Positions 47,372 to 61,603 of a stretch of 64,000 nucleotides of DNA are shown piece by piece. The position numbers and the translations under genes were made by a program. Below the pieces are notes generated by a model. It was not told the origin of the DNA and did no database searches. It was given only the letters and a program-made list of their open reading frames with translations. Position 1 is the first letter of the stretch; each line of letters begins with the position of its first letter. The DNA is from Takakia lepidozioides (Eukaryota; Plantae; Bryophyta): NCBI GenBank assembly GCA_030704615.1, contig CM060731.1, forward strand, positions 33,852,001 to 33,916,000. Reading direction: 5' to 3'.

Positions 47372-50300
47372 GTGTCACGTCGTGATGGGCTGTGATAGGC
47401 TGTGTCACGTTGTGATTGGCTGTGATAGGCTGTGTTTCGCCTTGATGGGCTGTGATAGGCTGTGTCACGTCGTGCTTGGCTGTGATAGGCTGTGTTTCGC
47501 CTTGATGGTCTGTGATAGGCTGTGGTTCGTTTGTTTTGCCCGCCCTGGTCATATATGCTCGGCCTAGCTACAAGTGCTCCATACTCCGTTCGTAACACTG
47601 GTGCAGCCCGTGACTGCTCTTGCGTTTCAACATGCAAATCATGCTCCAATGGTTTGTCATGGATACCACTGTACCCCTTCAAGTTATTGGCATTGACTCT
47701 TCCCAGCATTTCTTTGTTAATGGTTTGTAACATGGCTGTGTTGTTATCATACATCTTTTGTATGACATAAGGTCATTTCCATGGTGATTTAAGCTTAGAA
47801 GCTTTAATCTTTCCTTTTTTCTGCAACCATAGAATCAAATCTCCCGTCTTAAAAGTTTTTAACTTGCCTTCATCAAACTGTTCCTTCCTCTTCATCTGAA
47901 TTCTGGTCATATTATCAGTTGCATCAACACGTACTTCTTCCACATGGTATAATTCATGTTTCCTGACCTTAATGGAATCTTGCAATTCCATTCTCTTTCC
48001 CCACTCTGTTCTCATGGTAGGTAACAGGAATTCCACTTGAAGTAAGGCTTCCATACCATAAACTAATTGGAATGGTGTATACTTAGTGGTGACTTTATAT
48101 GAAGTCATGTATGACCACAAAGCTATCAGCAGCTTTGTATCCCAATCCGTTCTGTTTGCATTGACTATCTTAGCCAAGATAGTACATAGTATTTTGTTGG
48201 TAGCCTCTGCCTGCCCATTACCCTGTGGGTAATATGTTGTACTCTTCATATGCACAATCATGAACTTTTTAGTCAACAACTTAATGGTCTCATTAATGAA
48301 GTGACTTCCCTGATCACTGATAAATTCTAAGGGACAACCAAATCGTGTAAGTATGTTCTCATACAGGAACCTTGCTGTGGACTTGGCTGTGTTGTCCCTC
48401 AAAGCTTTAGCTTCCACCCACTTCGTAGTATAATCAGTGGCTGTAATTATGTACCTGTTCCGTGTATTCTTGGCTGGTGGGTTAATTGGTCCAACAAAGT
48501 CTAGTCCCCATTTCTGAAATGGTTCCGTAGGCATTGTAGGATGCAAAGACATTTTCCCATATCTCTGCAAAGGTCCCAACCTCTTACATTCATCACAACT
48601 TTGACAATACTTGTGTACATCTTTGAATAAAGTAGGCCACCAGTAACCTGCAAGTAGTATCTTTCTACTGGTAGTCTCTTCTCCAAAATGACCTCCAGCC
48701 ACTCCTTTATGAACTTCCTCCAAAACTTTATTTACTTCATGGTGGTACAAGCATCGTTTTAGTACTCCATCAGGTCCTAGCTTATACATTCTGCTCCCTA
48801 CCATAGTGTAAGGTAGAGCTTTGATAGCGATTCTCTTCCTCTGCTCCTTACCATAACTAGGTGGGCATTGACCATGAGTAAGGTAGTATCTGATTGGCCA
48901 CTGCCAATCTAACCATTCATCGGCACTTCCTTGCACCTCCATTATAAATAGACTCGCATCAGGTAACTGATTGTCCACTCCTGTGGCGGCCTCTCCTGTT
49001 GTTAGTCGTGACAAATGATCTGCCACAAGATGCAAACGGCCAGGCTTGTAAATAACTTCAAACTCAAACTCATGCAAGATTATCAACCACCTCCCTATCC
49101 TTCTACTTATCAAAGGTTTGTTCACCAGATATATCAGAGCCTGGTGATCCACATAACATAAACTTTCTTCCCAATAGGTAATGCCTGAATTTCTTGACTG
49201 CATAAATCATTGCCAGTGCTTCTCTTTCAGTTGTCCTTTCAGCACTGTTCATCAACCTGCTAGCATAGTACACAGGTGAATCTATATTTCCTGTAACATT
49301 CTGGGCTAACAGCTCCCAACGCTTCTCCTGATGCATCGCAGTGAACGTGAAATACTACATGCCAATGAGGGTTAATCGTGTAGTTGTTACTGACAGTGTA
49401 AGTTCCTCAAACGCCTGTTGACATTCAGCTGTCCAGACAAACACTGCCTCTTTCTTTAGAAGCTTGCTCAATGGTGCTGCTATTTGTGCATACCTTTTGA
49501 CAAATCTTCTATAATAACTGGTTTGCCCAAGGAATCTCCTTAGACTCTTAACATTCAGTTGTGGTGGAGAGGCTTTAATGGCCTCTATCTTTCTGGGATC
49601 CACAAGGAGTCCCTTCTTACACACAATGTGTCCCAGTAGCACCCCTGAGTTCACACAGAAAGTACACTTCTCTGGATTCAGGCCCAGACCTCTCATCCTG
49701 CATCTGGCCAAGCATAACTCCAACTTATGCAAGTGCTCATTCTTAGAGCTGTACACACTGAAATCATCCAAGAACACTTGCATGAAATCATCCAGATACT
49801 CATGAAAAGATTCACTTATCACTCTCTGAAAGGTCGCTGGTGCATTACAAAGTCCAAAGGGCATGACTTTGTATGCATAAGCACCCCAGTCTGTGATGAA
49901 AGCTGTTTTTCCTTGGTCTCCTTCTGCCACTTGTACTTGATTATAACCACTGAAGCCATCCATGAATGAGTACATCTCATGGCCTGCCACAGTGTCCAAT
50001 ACTGCTTCTGTGAATGGCAAAGGAAAAGGATCTTTCTTTGTACAAGCATTCAGCTTCTTGTAGTTCACACATACTCTTAGTTTACCATTCTTCTTGGGAA
50101 CTATAACAATGGGTGACAACCAAGTTGTGTACTCTATTGGGTATATAAACTTAGCCTCAGCCAACTTCTTGATCTCTTCTCCAACCTTCTGTGCGTAGTT
50201 GGGATTCATTCTGTACCTCGCCTGCTTGATTGGTACTGACCTGGTTCCAGTTCAATCTTATGCTGACAGACTTCAGGTGGTATTCCTTTTAGATCCTCAT

Positions 50301-53300
50301 AGCTCCAAGCAAATACATCTCTGTATTTGATGAACAAGCTCTTAGCTTCTTCAAAGAATTCTGGTTCCAGATCAGCTCCTACTTTCACCATCCTCAGTTC
50401 TTCTTTAGTTCCCACATTCACTTCCCTCACTTGCTCATCAGCTGTGATTGTCCAACCAGTCACCACTTCATCCTGTAAGCTCACAGTGGCTGGTTCCTCT
50501 AGGATTTCCATTTCTCCTTCTCTTTCTTCATAGAAATGTGATGGGTAACTGCTAGTTTCCTCTTCAGTTGGTGTTGCTGTCACTACACCACAGCAGATAC
50601 CTCTTAAACAACTTAGGCTTTCTAGCCGCATCTCTGCCACTTGCTCCCACTCTGGGTGTGCAGCAAACAGGGTAGCTTCCTGCTCCTCATCTAGTCCTTC
50701 TCTCCAGTCATACTCTCTGACTCCTCGAGGTCTTCTCGCAGCAGGTAATTTACTAGATTTCTTTGTGGTAATTTGTATCTCGTGTATCCCATTATGCACG
50801 GTTAGTAACTGAGAATTCCAGTCATGGAATACCCTGGCCTGTTTCAGCCACGGATGTCCCAATAATAAGGAGTAAGCCTCCATGACTTCATCCATCTTCA
50901 ACACAGTTACTGTGATCATAAAGATCATCTTCTGTATCTGTATCTTAACTCCTCTTATTAATCCCAATGGCTGTACACTTCTTTGATCTGCCATTGTTAC
51001 TGTAAATGGGGCTGGTTTCATGTTACTTAGACCAAGCTTCTTTCTCAATTGGTCTGTCATGATATTTACTCCAGATCCTCCATCTATCAGTACATCAGTT
51101 AGTTCTGTGCTTCCAATTCTCAATTGGATTACTGGCATAGAATCATCAAAATCCATGACTGTTTCTCGCCCTTCCGGCTTCACAGTATAACTGGTCACCT
51201 TGCTGTTCAGGTCTGTGTTTCCTGTCTCCTGGGCAATTCGATTGATTGCTTGATACAGCCTGTGCCTACAATAAGGTGCCACAACCAATAGCTGTCCAAT
51301 GGTAATCTCTGCTTTGGTCTGGCATATTACTTCAGCCAAAGTCTCTTCATTACTTTTCATGTCCGCATCTTCTTTCTTCCTTTCCTCCTCCCTCACTTCT
51401 TCTTCTCTATCAGAATCAGAAGAATCTGCCACAGGAATATCAGTACTCTTCTGCATTTCCCTTATGGTATCTGCCACTTCCTTGTGCAGTTCCTTCTCCT
51501 CTCTCCAAGCCTCATCATCTTCAGGTATATCACTGCCACCCTTCATTATCATCATCTTCCTCAACTACCGGAGGTATTAATTTAGCTTTGCTTCTGGTTA
51601 CTATCATTGTACTTACTTCTGGTACAACACATGGCCTAACCATGTGAGCTGCCACCACTGGGCCCTCATTCACCGGAGCTCTCATCTCATTCTGGTGTCT
51701 TATCCAGAATGAACAGGCTGCCTTGCGATGTCCTGGCTGATTACAATAGTAACATAGTTCTTCACCATTGGGTCCTCGCCATTGGTCTGCTCTTGGATTA
51801 TTTCTGTAATCCTGATTCCCGGGCTGGTAATTCCCCCTTGGATTACCCTGATAGTTGCCTCTGGAATTTCCTTGGTAATTCCCTCTTGAATTACCTCTTC
51901 CTTCCATGCCATTGTTATAACCACCAGACCTACCATATGGTCCTGATCATTGTTTCTTCTTGGCTGGGGCTGCACCTGATGCACCCTTACTTGCCTAGGT
52001 TCTCTTGCAGCTGTCCTTCTGTTGTAGTAACAATTCTCAGTAGAATGGTTATCCATTTTACAGATAGTACAGTGTTTCTCCTTCATGTGGCATTCTGTGG
52101 TGGTATGGCCTTCATTTTGGCACTTTGCACACCATACACCCTTCCTCCAATGTGTTGCAGCCTCTGTGGCATACTTCTTCAAGATTTCTTCCAATCTTTT
52201 TTCATAGTTATCCCTCTTCAACTTCTCCTTTCTCTTACTCTTCCTTTTTAGTTCCTACTCTTCTTCTTCATCTGACTCATCCTCAGAGTCCTCATCATCC
52301 CTTTTCTCTCTCCTGAGCATTCCCAATTGCTCAATTCTGTTTGCAGTTTCAAATGCCTCCTCCACTGTATTATGGGGTAACATATCCACTTTCTTTTGCA
52401 ACTCTGGTCTTAGTCCACTCACAAACCAAGTCTTCTGTAAACCGGGTGCTGGTATTGCAGCCAGCTTTTTCATCATCAATTCCATCTTTTCCAAATACTC
52501 CTCAACAGTTTCATGCTTCTTTTGCTTTAACTGTTGTAAACTTCCATACACTTCATCCTCAGTTTTACTTGTCCTGAACCTATTTCCGAATGCTGTATTC
52601 AAGCCATTCCAGGTTAGGAAATGATTATCAGGGAATCTTGCATACCATTCACTTGCTTTCTTGATAAGTGAACAAGGAAACAATCTCATCTTGGCATCAT
52701 CGCCATTCTCATTGTTCACTATACACATGTGCTCAAATTGGCTAATGTGTACATCGGGATCCCCTTTTCCTGAATACATTGGAAAAGGTGGTTTTGCCTG
52801 TGTTGGTTGTAACGCCATCTGTGGCCCTACCTTCTGCCCACTGACAGGTGCTGGCACCCTTACTGGTGCTGGTCCTTCTGGACCTGTTGTTTCTGTGGTG
52901 GATCTTCCACCAAGTGGTGGCCCTCGAGCACTCCCTGCTTCCGGCCCCACGATATTCACAGTATTCCCAGCTTCAGTTGCACTACTTCCCACACTCCCTG
53001 TCCCCCCAGAGCCAGATCCAGGCAGCCCGCCTGATCCCCCTGAGCCGACACCTTCGTTGGCTTGTGATCCAAGTGCTCCACTTGATCCAGGTCCAACGGG
53101 TTGGGATGTCCTGGTTGTAGTCTCAACCTCAGCTGTTGGGTCTACTTCTTCATATTCTTCCTCTTCCAATTCTTCTCTCTGTTTTCATCCTCCAAGTTCT
53201 GCCCTTGGGTTTCTTCTTCACTCATGTAACTCAACTGCAATGGTGTTGGAGAGTCTGAACTCTCCGTTGGCTCTGCCACATCCTCTCCTCCTTCTTGGCC

Positions 53301-55161
53301 TTCTGCTTCAGAAACTGGAGTTCCTGCTTTTGGTGTTCCATGCCAACTCTTATCAAAGATTTCTGTCAAATCTTTTATCCAGGGATGTACCTCAGATCTT
53401 TCACCTCGTGATTGATCTTCCTCCCGTACCAATTCCCTTAATCTTTCTTGCAAAGAAACAGAAGGAGTGTCATCCAACTCTAGTTCTTCTGGTATGGGTG
53501 ATGTACTCTTTGATCTTAATGGCGTGAGAGGTCCAGATGATTCCCCTATGTCTATTCCTCTCTCCCAAAGATATGGATAATTAGCTTTCAGATAGCTTTC
53601 TCTTTTTGCTGAATATCTCTGGCGTCTAGCTTCTCTTTCATCACTCATGTCCCATGTCTTTCATTTCTTTTTAATGTGGCAATAACCAAAACTCTCTTCT
53701 GTAATATCTCTCGTATATGCCTGGGTTTCTTTCAAGCTTCAATGTACCCTTGGTTATACTTGAAGTCTCCGTTACCATATAACCATATGGCAAACAAGTC
53801 TGAAAAGCTGTTCTTGGTGTGAGTTTGATCCACAAAATATCCTTTGGAATCCAATTATTTACCAATACAAGCTCTTCATGCATATGAGTATAAACATTCA
53901 CTTTTCTTTCCTCCCAGCCTTCAAACTCTACTCGCTTAATGGATAGCAATGCTATCACATATACCAATGTTGGTAACCAATGTGCTCTTCCTCTACAGGC
54001 CACCTGATAAATCTTTATCACTCCTTTTCCAGACCCCATTCCGGATCAGCATCATGTACTCGCTTAAGAATATTTTCTTTACAACCGTCTGGCAATTCCA
54101 AGAACCTTTGAAAGAATTGTTTGGACAATCTTTCTTCCTTCGTTCCACAGGGAATTTGATTCACTTCAAATTCTTTAATCCTCCAACCACCATGATCCCA
54201 CCAGATGCCTGTCACATCTGGTTGTTCATGACTCAGTTCCCCAGTATGGTCGCCAAATGTCGCGCGGCTTTTACTCACCCATCCCTTCGCTACCCGAGGC
54301 GGAAACTCCAAGATAGAAGAGTTGGAAATCTCTAAGTACTCAGCCCGCTCAGAACAATCAGTCATGACCTACAGCTAGTGTATCATGGGGTGTTTCCTAT
54401 TTGTTTTCCTTTCCGCATTCATGTTAGCTAGCTACCTTACTATTGATAATTGAGTATCAGTTTGCTCATCAACTCATCCATTCATTCCACAGCTTCACTC
54501 AGATCTCTCTACACAGTGTGATTGTATCGTATAAGTATCAGATTATGATTTATCAGGTATCAGGCCGAAGCCATTGCGTCTCTAATCTCCTCTACAATAT
54601 CACTACAGCTTTGCATATAACAAGCATCTACTAATCATCTCTCCTACTTCACCGTGCTCTCCATGCTTGCTCTTCCGCCTGATCCCCTCTGATCCATGAC
54701 CAAGAAGTTCTCCCCCCTCGAGTGCTTCCAAAAATCGTCCCCATGAATCGTCTCCGAAAAATAATAATAATCCCCTTCTCAGTCCTTGCTTCTCCCTTTA
54801 TCTTCCTTCCCGTGGCTCTAACCGTTTCCCTCACTAACCGTCGTCCATGAACTAACATGTTCCATTTGCAGGTGTTGTTCCCCACAGTCGTTCCCTGTCC
54901 TGTTCTCCGTTCCCTATGGTCGTGACAGCTGTGTCAAGCTGTGACTGGCTGTGTGAAACTGTGACGGGCTGTGACTGGCTGTGCGACTGTGTTTGGCTGT
55001 GTTGGTTGTGTCGGCTGTGACGACTGTGACGGGCTGTGTCGCCCCCCTCTACAGTACGCTGCTGTCACCCCTAAGGTTCCTGTTGGTCTCAGTCTGTGCA
55101 AAAATTAAGGGTACCCTACAGATCCCGTATAAGTGTCTAAGTCCCAGACTGTCCTCTAACA
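47372..55161 (-). mobile_element. Element A copy 2 (gag-pol with frameshifts, PBS 54238-54255, 5' LTR 54258-55161); lacks M1
   Basis: Near-identical to 5430-5748 plus 13156-20619, with the same junction into element B. Confidence 0.95.
54258..55161 (-). repeat. 5' LTR of A copy 2
   Basis: Matches 19658-20619 with fewer internal repeat units. Confidence 0.95.
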
Positions 55162-57894
55162 CTCACACAGGTGGATGATGAGGGGAGAGAGTTCGTAGTG
55201 GCTTATGCTAGCCGCTCGAACAATGCTGCAGAGTCTAAGTATAGCTCATATGAGGGAGAATGCTTAGCTGCAGTGTGGGCCGTGGCACACTTCAGGTGCT
55301 ATCTATACGGCAATCTCTTCACCCTTGTCACGGATCACCAACCACTCAAGTGGTTGATGGAGTCAGACAAGCTTACGGGGGGCACTCATCCTTCAAGAGT
55401 ATGACTTTCAGGTGGTGCATCGATCGGGTTTGGTCAATCGCAATGCAGATGGATTGAGTCGCAATCCATGCACGAGCCAGCAGGATGATACTGGAGCTCG
55501 GTGGCATGGTGAGACGGACGAGGAGATGGTGCCCGGATGGCATGCATCTGCATTTCTGTGTATCTTGGCAGCGGAAGGCCAGGTTGGACCTGCAACAGGG
55601 ATGGCTGTAGATCAAGTGTCTGAGGACCCTGAGGCCAGCAATGAGCAAGGTGGCGCCAAAGATATACATGAGGATTCAGTTGTGTTGGACTACCTCCGCA
55701 CTGGAGACACTGCAGCCACTGTGACTGCCAAGGAGAGGGATCGGATCCTACAACGAGCCAAGAGGTTAAAGTGGGAGGGGACACACCTGCTCCGAGTGTG
55801 GGAGGATGGTCGAGTGAGGATTGTGCCTCACCCAACACAGCGGGCACGATTAGTGTGGCATGCCCATGAGGAGTTGGGGCATTTTGGGGTGCAACGCACT
55901 CATAGTCTACTGCAAGGGCAGTATTGGTGGCGTGGTATGCACACAGAGGTGCAACAATTTGTGGCTAGGTGCATGGTGTGTGACAGGGTGCGTGCTTCAT
56001 TCAACGCCCCTACTCCACAATTGCACCCTCTTCCGATCATGGGATTGGGTTACAGGTGGAGTCTTGACTTCGCAGGGCCGTTGCCACTGACCATGCGCCA
56101 CAACAAGTACGTGTTGGTGATGGTGGAGCACTTCTCCAAGTGGATTGAATTGGTTCCATTGCCTGATAAGGCTAGTGAGGGAGCTGCGTATGCATTCTTG
56201 GATTGTGTGCTTAGCCGATTCGGTGCTCCAGCTGAGGTACTCACGGACCAAGGGAGAGAGTTCTTGGGGGAGTTTCAGGCTTTGTGTGACAAGGCCTTGA
56301 TAGACCACCGCACCACTTCTCGGGATCATCCTGAGGCCGATGGCTTGGCAGAGAGAGTTGTTCAGACAGTAAAGAGGGGTTTGCGCAAGTATGGCTTGCA
56401 GAAGGGACACCTAGGAGATTGGGACCTTTCAGTTATCCTGGTTAGTCATGGGCTACAGGTTCAGCAAGCAAGCATCACTTGCCTCCTTCTCACCATACTT
56501 TCTTCTCTTTGGCCGAGAGCCGGATTTGCCTACATCCATTCGCAGAGAAGCTGCTACAGTTCTTAACCTTGACGATCCGGACGTGTGGGCACGTGCATGT
56601 GAGCAGCGTGCAGAGTTGTTAAAGAGAGTCATGCCCATGGCTTTCGAGAACCTTGCCATTGCACAACACCATGATACGTTGAGGTATGCTACCATACGTG
56701 GTGGGGGCTATCGTCCTGGGGTTTGGAGATTCAACCCTGGTGACTATGTCTATCTGCAGCAGACTGCTCCTACGACCCTGGATGTGACTGCACGACGTGT
56801 TATTTTGAGGGTTCGAGAGGTCTTGCCCTCAGGCGTCTTGGTCTTGGAGGGTCGGGATGGCATAACTTGGAAGGACCATGTGCGTAATTGTGCGCCATGT
56901 CACCTTCCGAATGTCGATGGCAGGATTGACCCAAACTGGCAGTGGTATCTGCAGGTTTGAGGTGCATGTTGTGTGGGTCTGCTAAAGGGGCAGCCACCAT
57001 GCTGGTGTGTGATTGATGCTCTAGAGGTTGGCATATGGGATGCTTGACTCCACCTCTTGAGATGGTTCCGGATGGGGATTGGTTATGTCCACAATGCATT
57101 GGATAGTGGGAGTGGAAACAACCATGGAAGGCTAACAAGCAACGCAAGGCCCACCTACAGGATACCTTGAATACACGAAGTCCTGGCTCAAGTTCACAGA
57201 TTGCAAGACGACGACTAACGATGGGGCTACTCTTGTACCCGGCCTCTTGGTCCATAGAGTTTGAGTACGATAGGGACAGTGATAGAGGACTTAGTACGGC
57301 TATGGCTATTACGTCTTGTAGCTATCTTGAGGTAGAGGGACCTACCCACCAGCTAGGGGGGCGATTGTGGCAAACTACTTTATTGTGCATATATATGTGG
57401 TGTGGTTTGGACAGCGATGTAGTTGTGTAGCGATATGTATGCGCACGACAGCTGTCAAGTTAAATAAGCATAGTGTGAAAACAACTAGAATAAAGCTAGT
57501 TATTTGTATTTAACACTTGGATCTAGGTCAAGTGTTAAATCAGGTGTCAAGTTTAGTCTGACACCTGAACGGCCTTATCTTCACGAGAGCGGCAGTCGCG
57601 TGGCTCATCTCTCTCGAGTTGAGCCTGCGCGACCGAGCTCCTTCATCGTTTAGGACTGAGTGTGCTCATGATGGGAGTGTAGGTTGTTGTGGGGTGGAGT
57701 CCCCACAGCTTGGGGTGCCCCTGGCTTGACTTCCGTTTTAACGAGTGATAGCGATGGATTTCATGTTGTTTCTGGTGTGAATAGTGTGTCTCTTAGCTTG
57801 TTCTATCTATTGTGGCAGACTACTTTATTGTGCATATATATGTGGTGTGGTTTGGACAGCGATGTAGTGTGTAGCGATATGTATGCGCACGACA
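55162..57894 (+). mobile_element. Element B copy 2 (RH-INT-PHD, LTR 57366-57894)
   Basis: Duplicate of 20620-23169, with its own frameshifts and a stop in the PHD. Confidence 0.9.
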
Positions 57895-57920
57895 AAGCCC
57901 AGTTTTTGCTTGATTTCCAG

Positions 57921-60900
57921 CCTGGTGATGTTGGGGGCGTCCCTGCTCCAGCGAAGGCAATGGGATCGACCGTCGATCTGGTAACGGAGGAGGGTGCTGC
58001 CTCTCAATGTTCTCAGCAAGATCTCACCACAGTTGAGGAAGACCTGACCACTGAAGGCCCGGAGGAGGCCTCTGCGATTGCAGAATTGTCCGCAAAGATT
58101 CCCCAGAGTGCAGCTCCAGTTGGGGATGCTCAAGCTGCTCAGCCCCTGCCACCAGCAGAAATGTCTCCGGAGGAATTCCAAAGTGCAGCGGATACAATGT
58201 TGGAGGAGACACATAGTAGCATTGGCAGAGTTCTGGGCAGCAGGGTATTCCAGTGGACTCTTCGAATCCCACTCTGTCGCATGGTCTCCCTTCCCATCGT
58301 CAGGCAGGCACTTCTCGGAGATGTGGATAAGCTCAAGTTCGCATTTCAAGAAGGGTACCGTCTAGGTTTGCCAGCCTTCTACGTTTCCCTTGAGAATGAG
58401 GACGGCGAATCTCGTGGACCCACTGCAGAGGAATTGTCAACATGGGATACCCACTGGCACACTCGCAACGACGAATTTGAGGCAACACTGAAGGGTGATC
58501 CCGACTTCGGCCATATGTCGGGTAAAATGTTCTTTGTGTGGGACGGGAATCACCGACTTCTCGCCTGGTGGGAGTACATCAAGCAGAACCATGCCAAGCA
58601 CATTGGCTGGCATTACATGGTGGAGTGTGTCATCCTCAAGGTGAAGGCGGCAGACTCCTCCCTGCTCAAGAATGCCATGGCGGACCTCAACTCGTAAGAT
58701 ACTCATACCCTCCCAAGCACGTTCAAAATGCGGTGCCGCATTTTGGTTTCCAATCTGTTTTGTTTCCGTGCTTTCGTGGACTGAACTAGAGAGTGTGCCT
58801 TGCAGGGTCACTGAAAATGCGTACGTGCATACCCACATGGCACATATGCTGTAGAGGGTCAGGAAAATTGGTCTCACTGATCCGCACATGTTTGCGGAAA
58901 TGCTGGAGCCCGAGCTCATTCAGAAAGCCGTGGCAAAAACTGACCGGACATGGTATCGTCTCACTATGGATGGAATGGTGGAGGTGATATACGAAGTAAG
59001 TCGTCCTCCCATTTCCCTCTGCTCATCCTTCCCCAATTTCCGGTAATCTTTCCACATGAATCGAATGTAACGCTTCTGCATGTTTTTGTTGGCAGTCAAA
59101 CATCAAGCTGGATTTGGCCCATGCCAAACGCTTCTTCATGGAAAGTGAGGGGCAGGTCAAAACGTTGCAGTCATTGACTGAGCACTTGAAGGAAGCCGGG
59201 GTCAAGTCCAGAACGAAATACAAGTCAAAGCTTGTGAAGCTGGTGGCCATTGCAGATCCGGCACTTGGAAATGACTTCATCCCCGAGATTGCAAAACACT
59301 ATTCTCGGGCCATGCAGCCGACCATGCAGCCGACCATGCAGTTGGAGAAACTGCATCACCTCTCAACGGCATGTGTTGAAGCGAAAGAGAAGGTGATGTT
59401 TCAATTCACTGAAGTTCCTTCCTAGCAATAGCCACTCTTCTTCCTGCTCTTGACATTGGATCGGAAATGGCAGACACGGTGGCTGTCGATCTGGAATGCA
59501 TCGGAGAGTATAAGGACAATGTGGTCTTTTCCACTCGAAGTTTCCGACCCTGCAGTGGATGTGTGGCTCAACCGCATGACTTGGTGGTTCCAGGTAATTC
59601 AAGGTACTTCCCCATATTTGCTTTTCTGAAATGAATTCCCTGAACTGCTACGTGACAATGCATGTGAGAATCGCAGGTAATGACGAATGCGAAGGAGCAA
59701 GTTGTAATGCATACAAATTCGTTCGGCTTGTACGTCAAATGGGATGGAACACAGACATTGGAAGACTACGTGACACGTTTCAGATGTGCCTACAAGGACA
59801 ACCTCTTCGCCAGGGAGCTGCAGACAGCAAGAAAGAGCGTGGAGTTTACACATCAGGAGGGAGCGGGAAAAGCTGCAATGCAAATTGTTTACAGGTGAAG
59901 CCCAGCTGTCCTTGTATGCAAAGCCTAGTAATGAGGTTTGTTTGGGAAATGCGGCACCGCATTCGCATTTTATGTTTTCGGTTGCACTCTGCGAGTACGT
60001 GGTCTCAACTTTTGCTCACGCATGCTGACTGCCCTGCAGGTATATGAAATACGTGCTTCTTCAGACAGGGGCCCTGGCTCAAGAGCCCCCGTTCTTCATG
60101 GCTTGGACCGTGGCGGGCCCATGCTGTGTCTACACACCCGAGATGCAGAAATAATGGCATGCCGCGCATCTGGTTGGATGCCCGTGGTACCTGGACATGT
60201 CTGGCGGAATTGTTGACGAGTCTGAGAAAGATCTGCACGCGAAAGCAGAAGAGAAGAGAAAGGAAAGACGTGTCCCTGCTCGGCCAGAGTCGGCAAAGGA
60301 AGCTGTTGCTCTGGAACAATCCAGAAAGGCAGCTGAGATGGCACAGAAGATGGTGGATGCAGCTGTGCAGGCTCAACAGAAGGGGTCCAAGAAGCGGACT
60401 CGCCAGCAAGGAGCAGCAGTTGTGACACCCAAGAAAACAAAGAAGCAGAAACAGATAGTGCAGGTAGAGGGTGAGGAAGAGGACTCCGATGGAGACTTTG
60501 CAACCAGCCCACCCCCCGAGATGCAACCGAAATCCCCTGTGCCCACCGTTGTCACGAGAGGGACGAGAACTGGCTCGGCAAAGAAGGCACTCTTCAACCC
60601 CCGGGGGGGCACCCTTTCGAGCCGGTGGAAATGAAGAGGCCGAAAGTGGATCCCGATACAGTAGTCCAGTGTGTCAATGAGAGTTTATTGGCGGCTTTGG
60701 ATGGACGGGCAGCCAAGTTGGCATACATGAAGACCATGGAGGGTCTGAAGGGCAGAGCACTGAAGAAGGCGGCTGCCAAAGAGCCTTCCGACACCCCTGG
60801 GTTTCTGAAGATGGTCTCGTTCTTTGAGAGGGTGTGTGCAGACAAGGATTGCAGGAGGGGCGGAAATGCCACCGAGTGGTCTTGCGATATGATCATCTTG

Positions 60901-61519
60901 GATATTCCGGACGGAGAGCCTGTGGAAGGACTGCAAGCTTTGCCATCTTGGAACAGGTACTCCGAGGACTTTTGGAAGAAAGGATTCGGGCTCGCCCGCA
61001 TGGTGTTGGACGACAGAGGCTGTGTGGTTGTCTTGGCGAGCAGAGGCAAAAACACGCAGACAGGAATTGCGAAGTGGACCCACAAGAGCGCCGTCCCAAT
61101 TCTTAAGAAGAAGTGGACGTGCATCAACACATTGGGCCTTTGGTCGGAAGGGAAGAAGGTAATTACGACATTGGCACTCGTCCTTTCATTTTCTTAGGAG
61201 TTTTGAAATGCGGTGCCGCATTCGATTTCTAATTGTTCCCCACTGTGTATGCAGACGAAGCAGTTCGATGCATACTGCTTTGTGAAGGAGAACTCGACCT
61301 TTGCTTTCCGGAAGGAGGGATTGTTGGTTGACCCGAACTGCGACCCCATCGATTATGACGTCCTCTTCAACAACGTTCCCACGGAACTTCTCCCTCATAG
61401 CCTCACTTCAACTGAACCCCTGCGGTATTCACGCACTCGGAGCCCTGCCTTCATTCAGACAATTATGGAGACATGCACTGACGTGGAGGGCACAATACTC
61501 GACCTCATCTGTGGGACAG
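57921..61519 (+). pseudogene. ParB-like/DNA methyltransferase-like gene copy 2 (exons up to the intron containing element C)
   Basis: Same exons as copy 1. GTILDLICGTG is in frame here. TAG at about 58852 and the shared TAA at 60152. Confidence 0.78.
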
Positions 61520-61603
61520 GTATGCAGAATCTTGTTGTATGCTATTATGCAAACTCTCGTTATGCTTTCATTCGCAACATTTGAAGGGCCATGTCATAAT
61601 GTG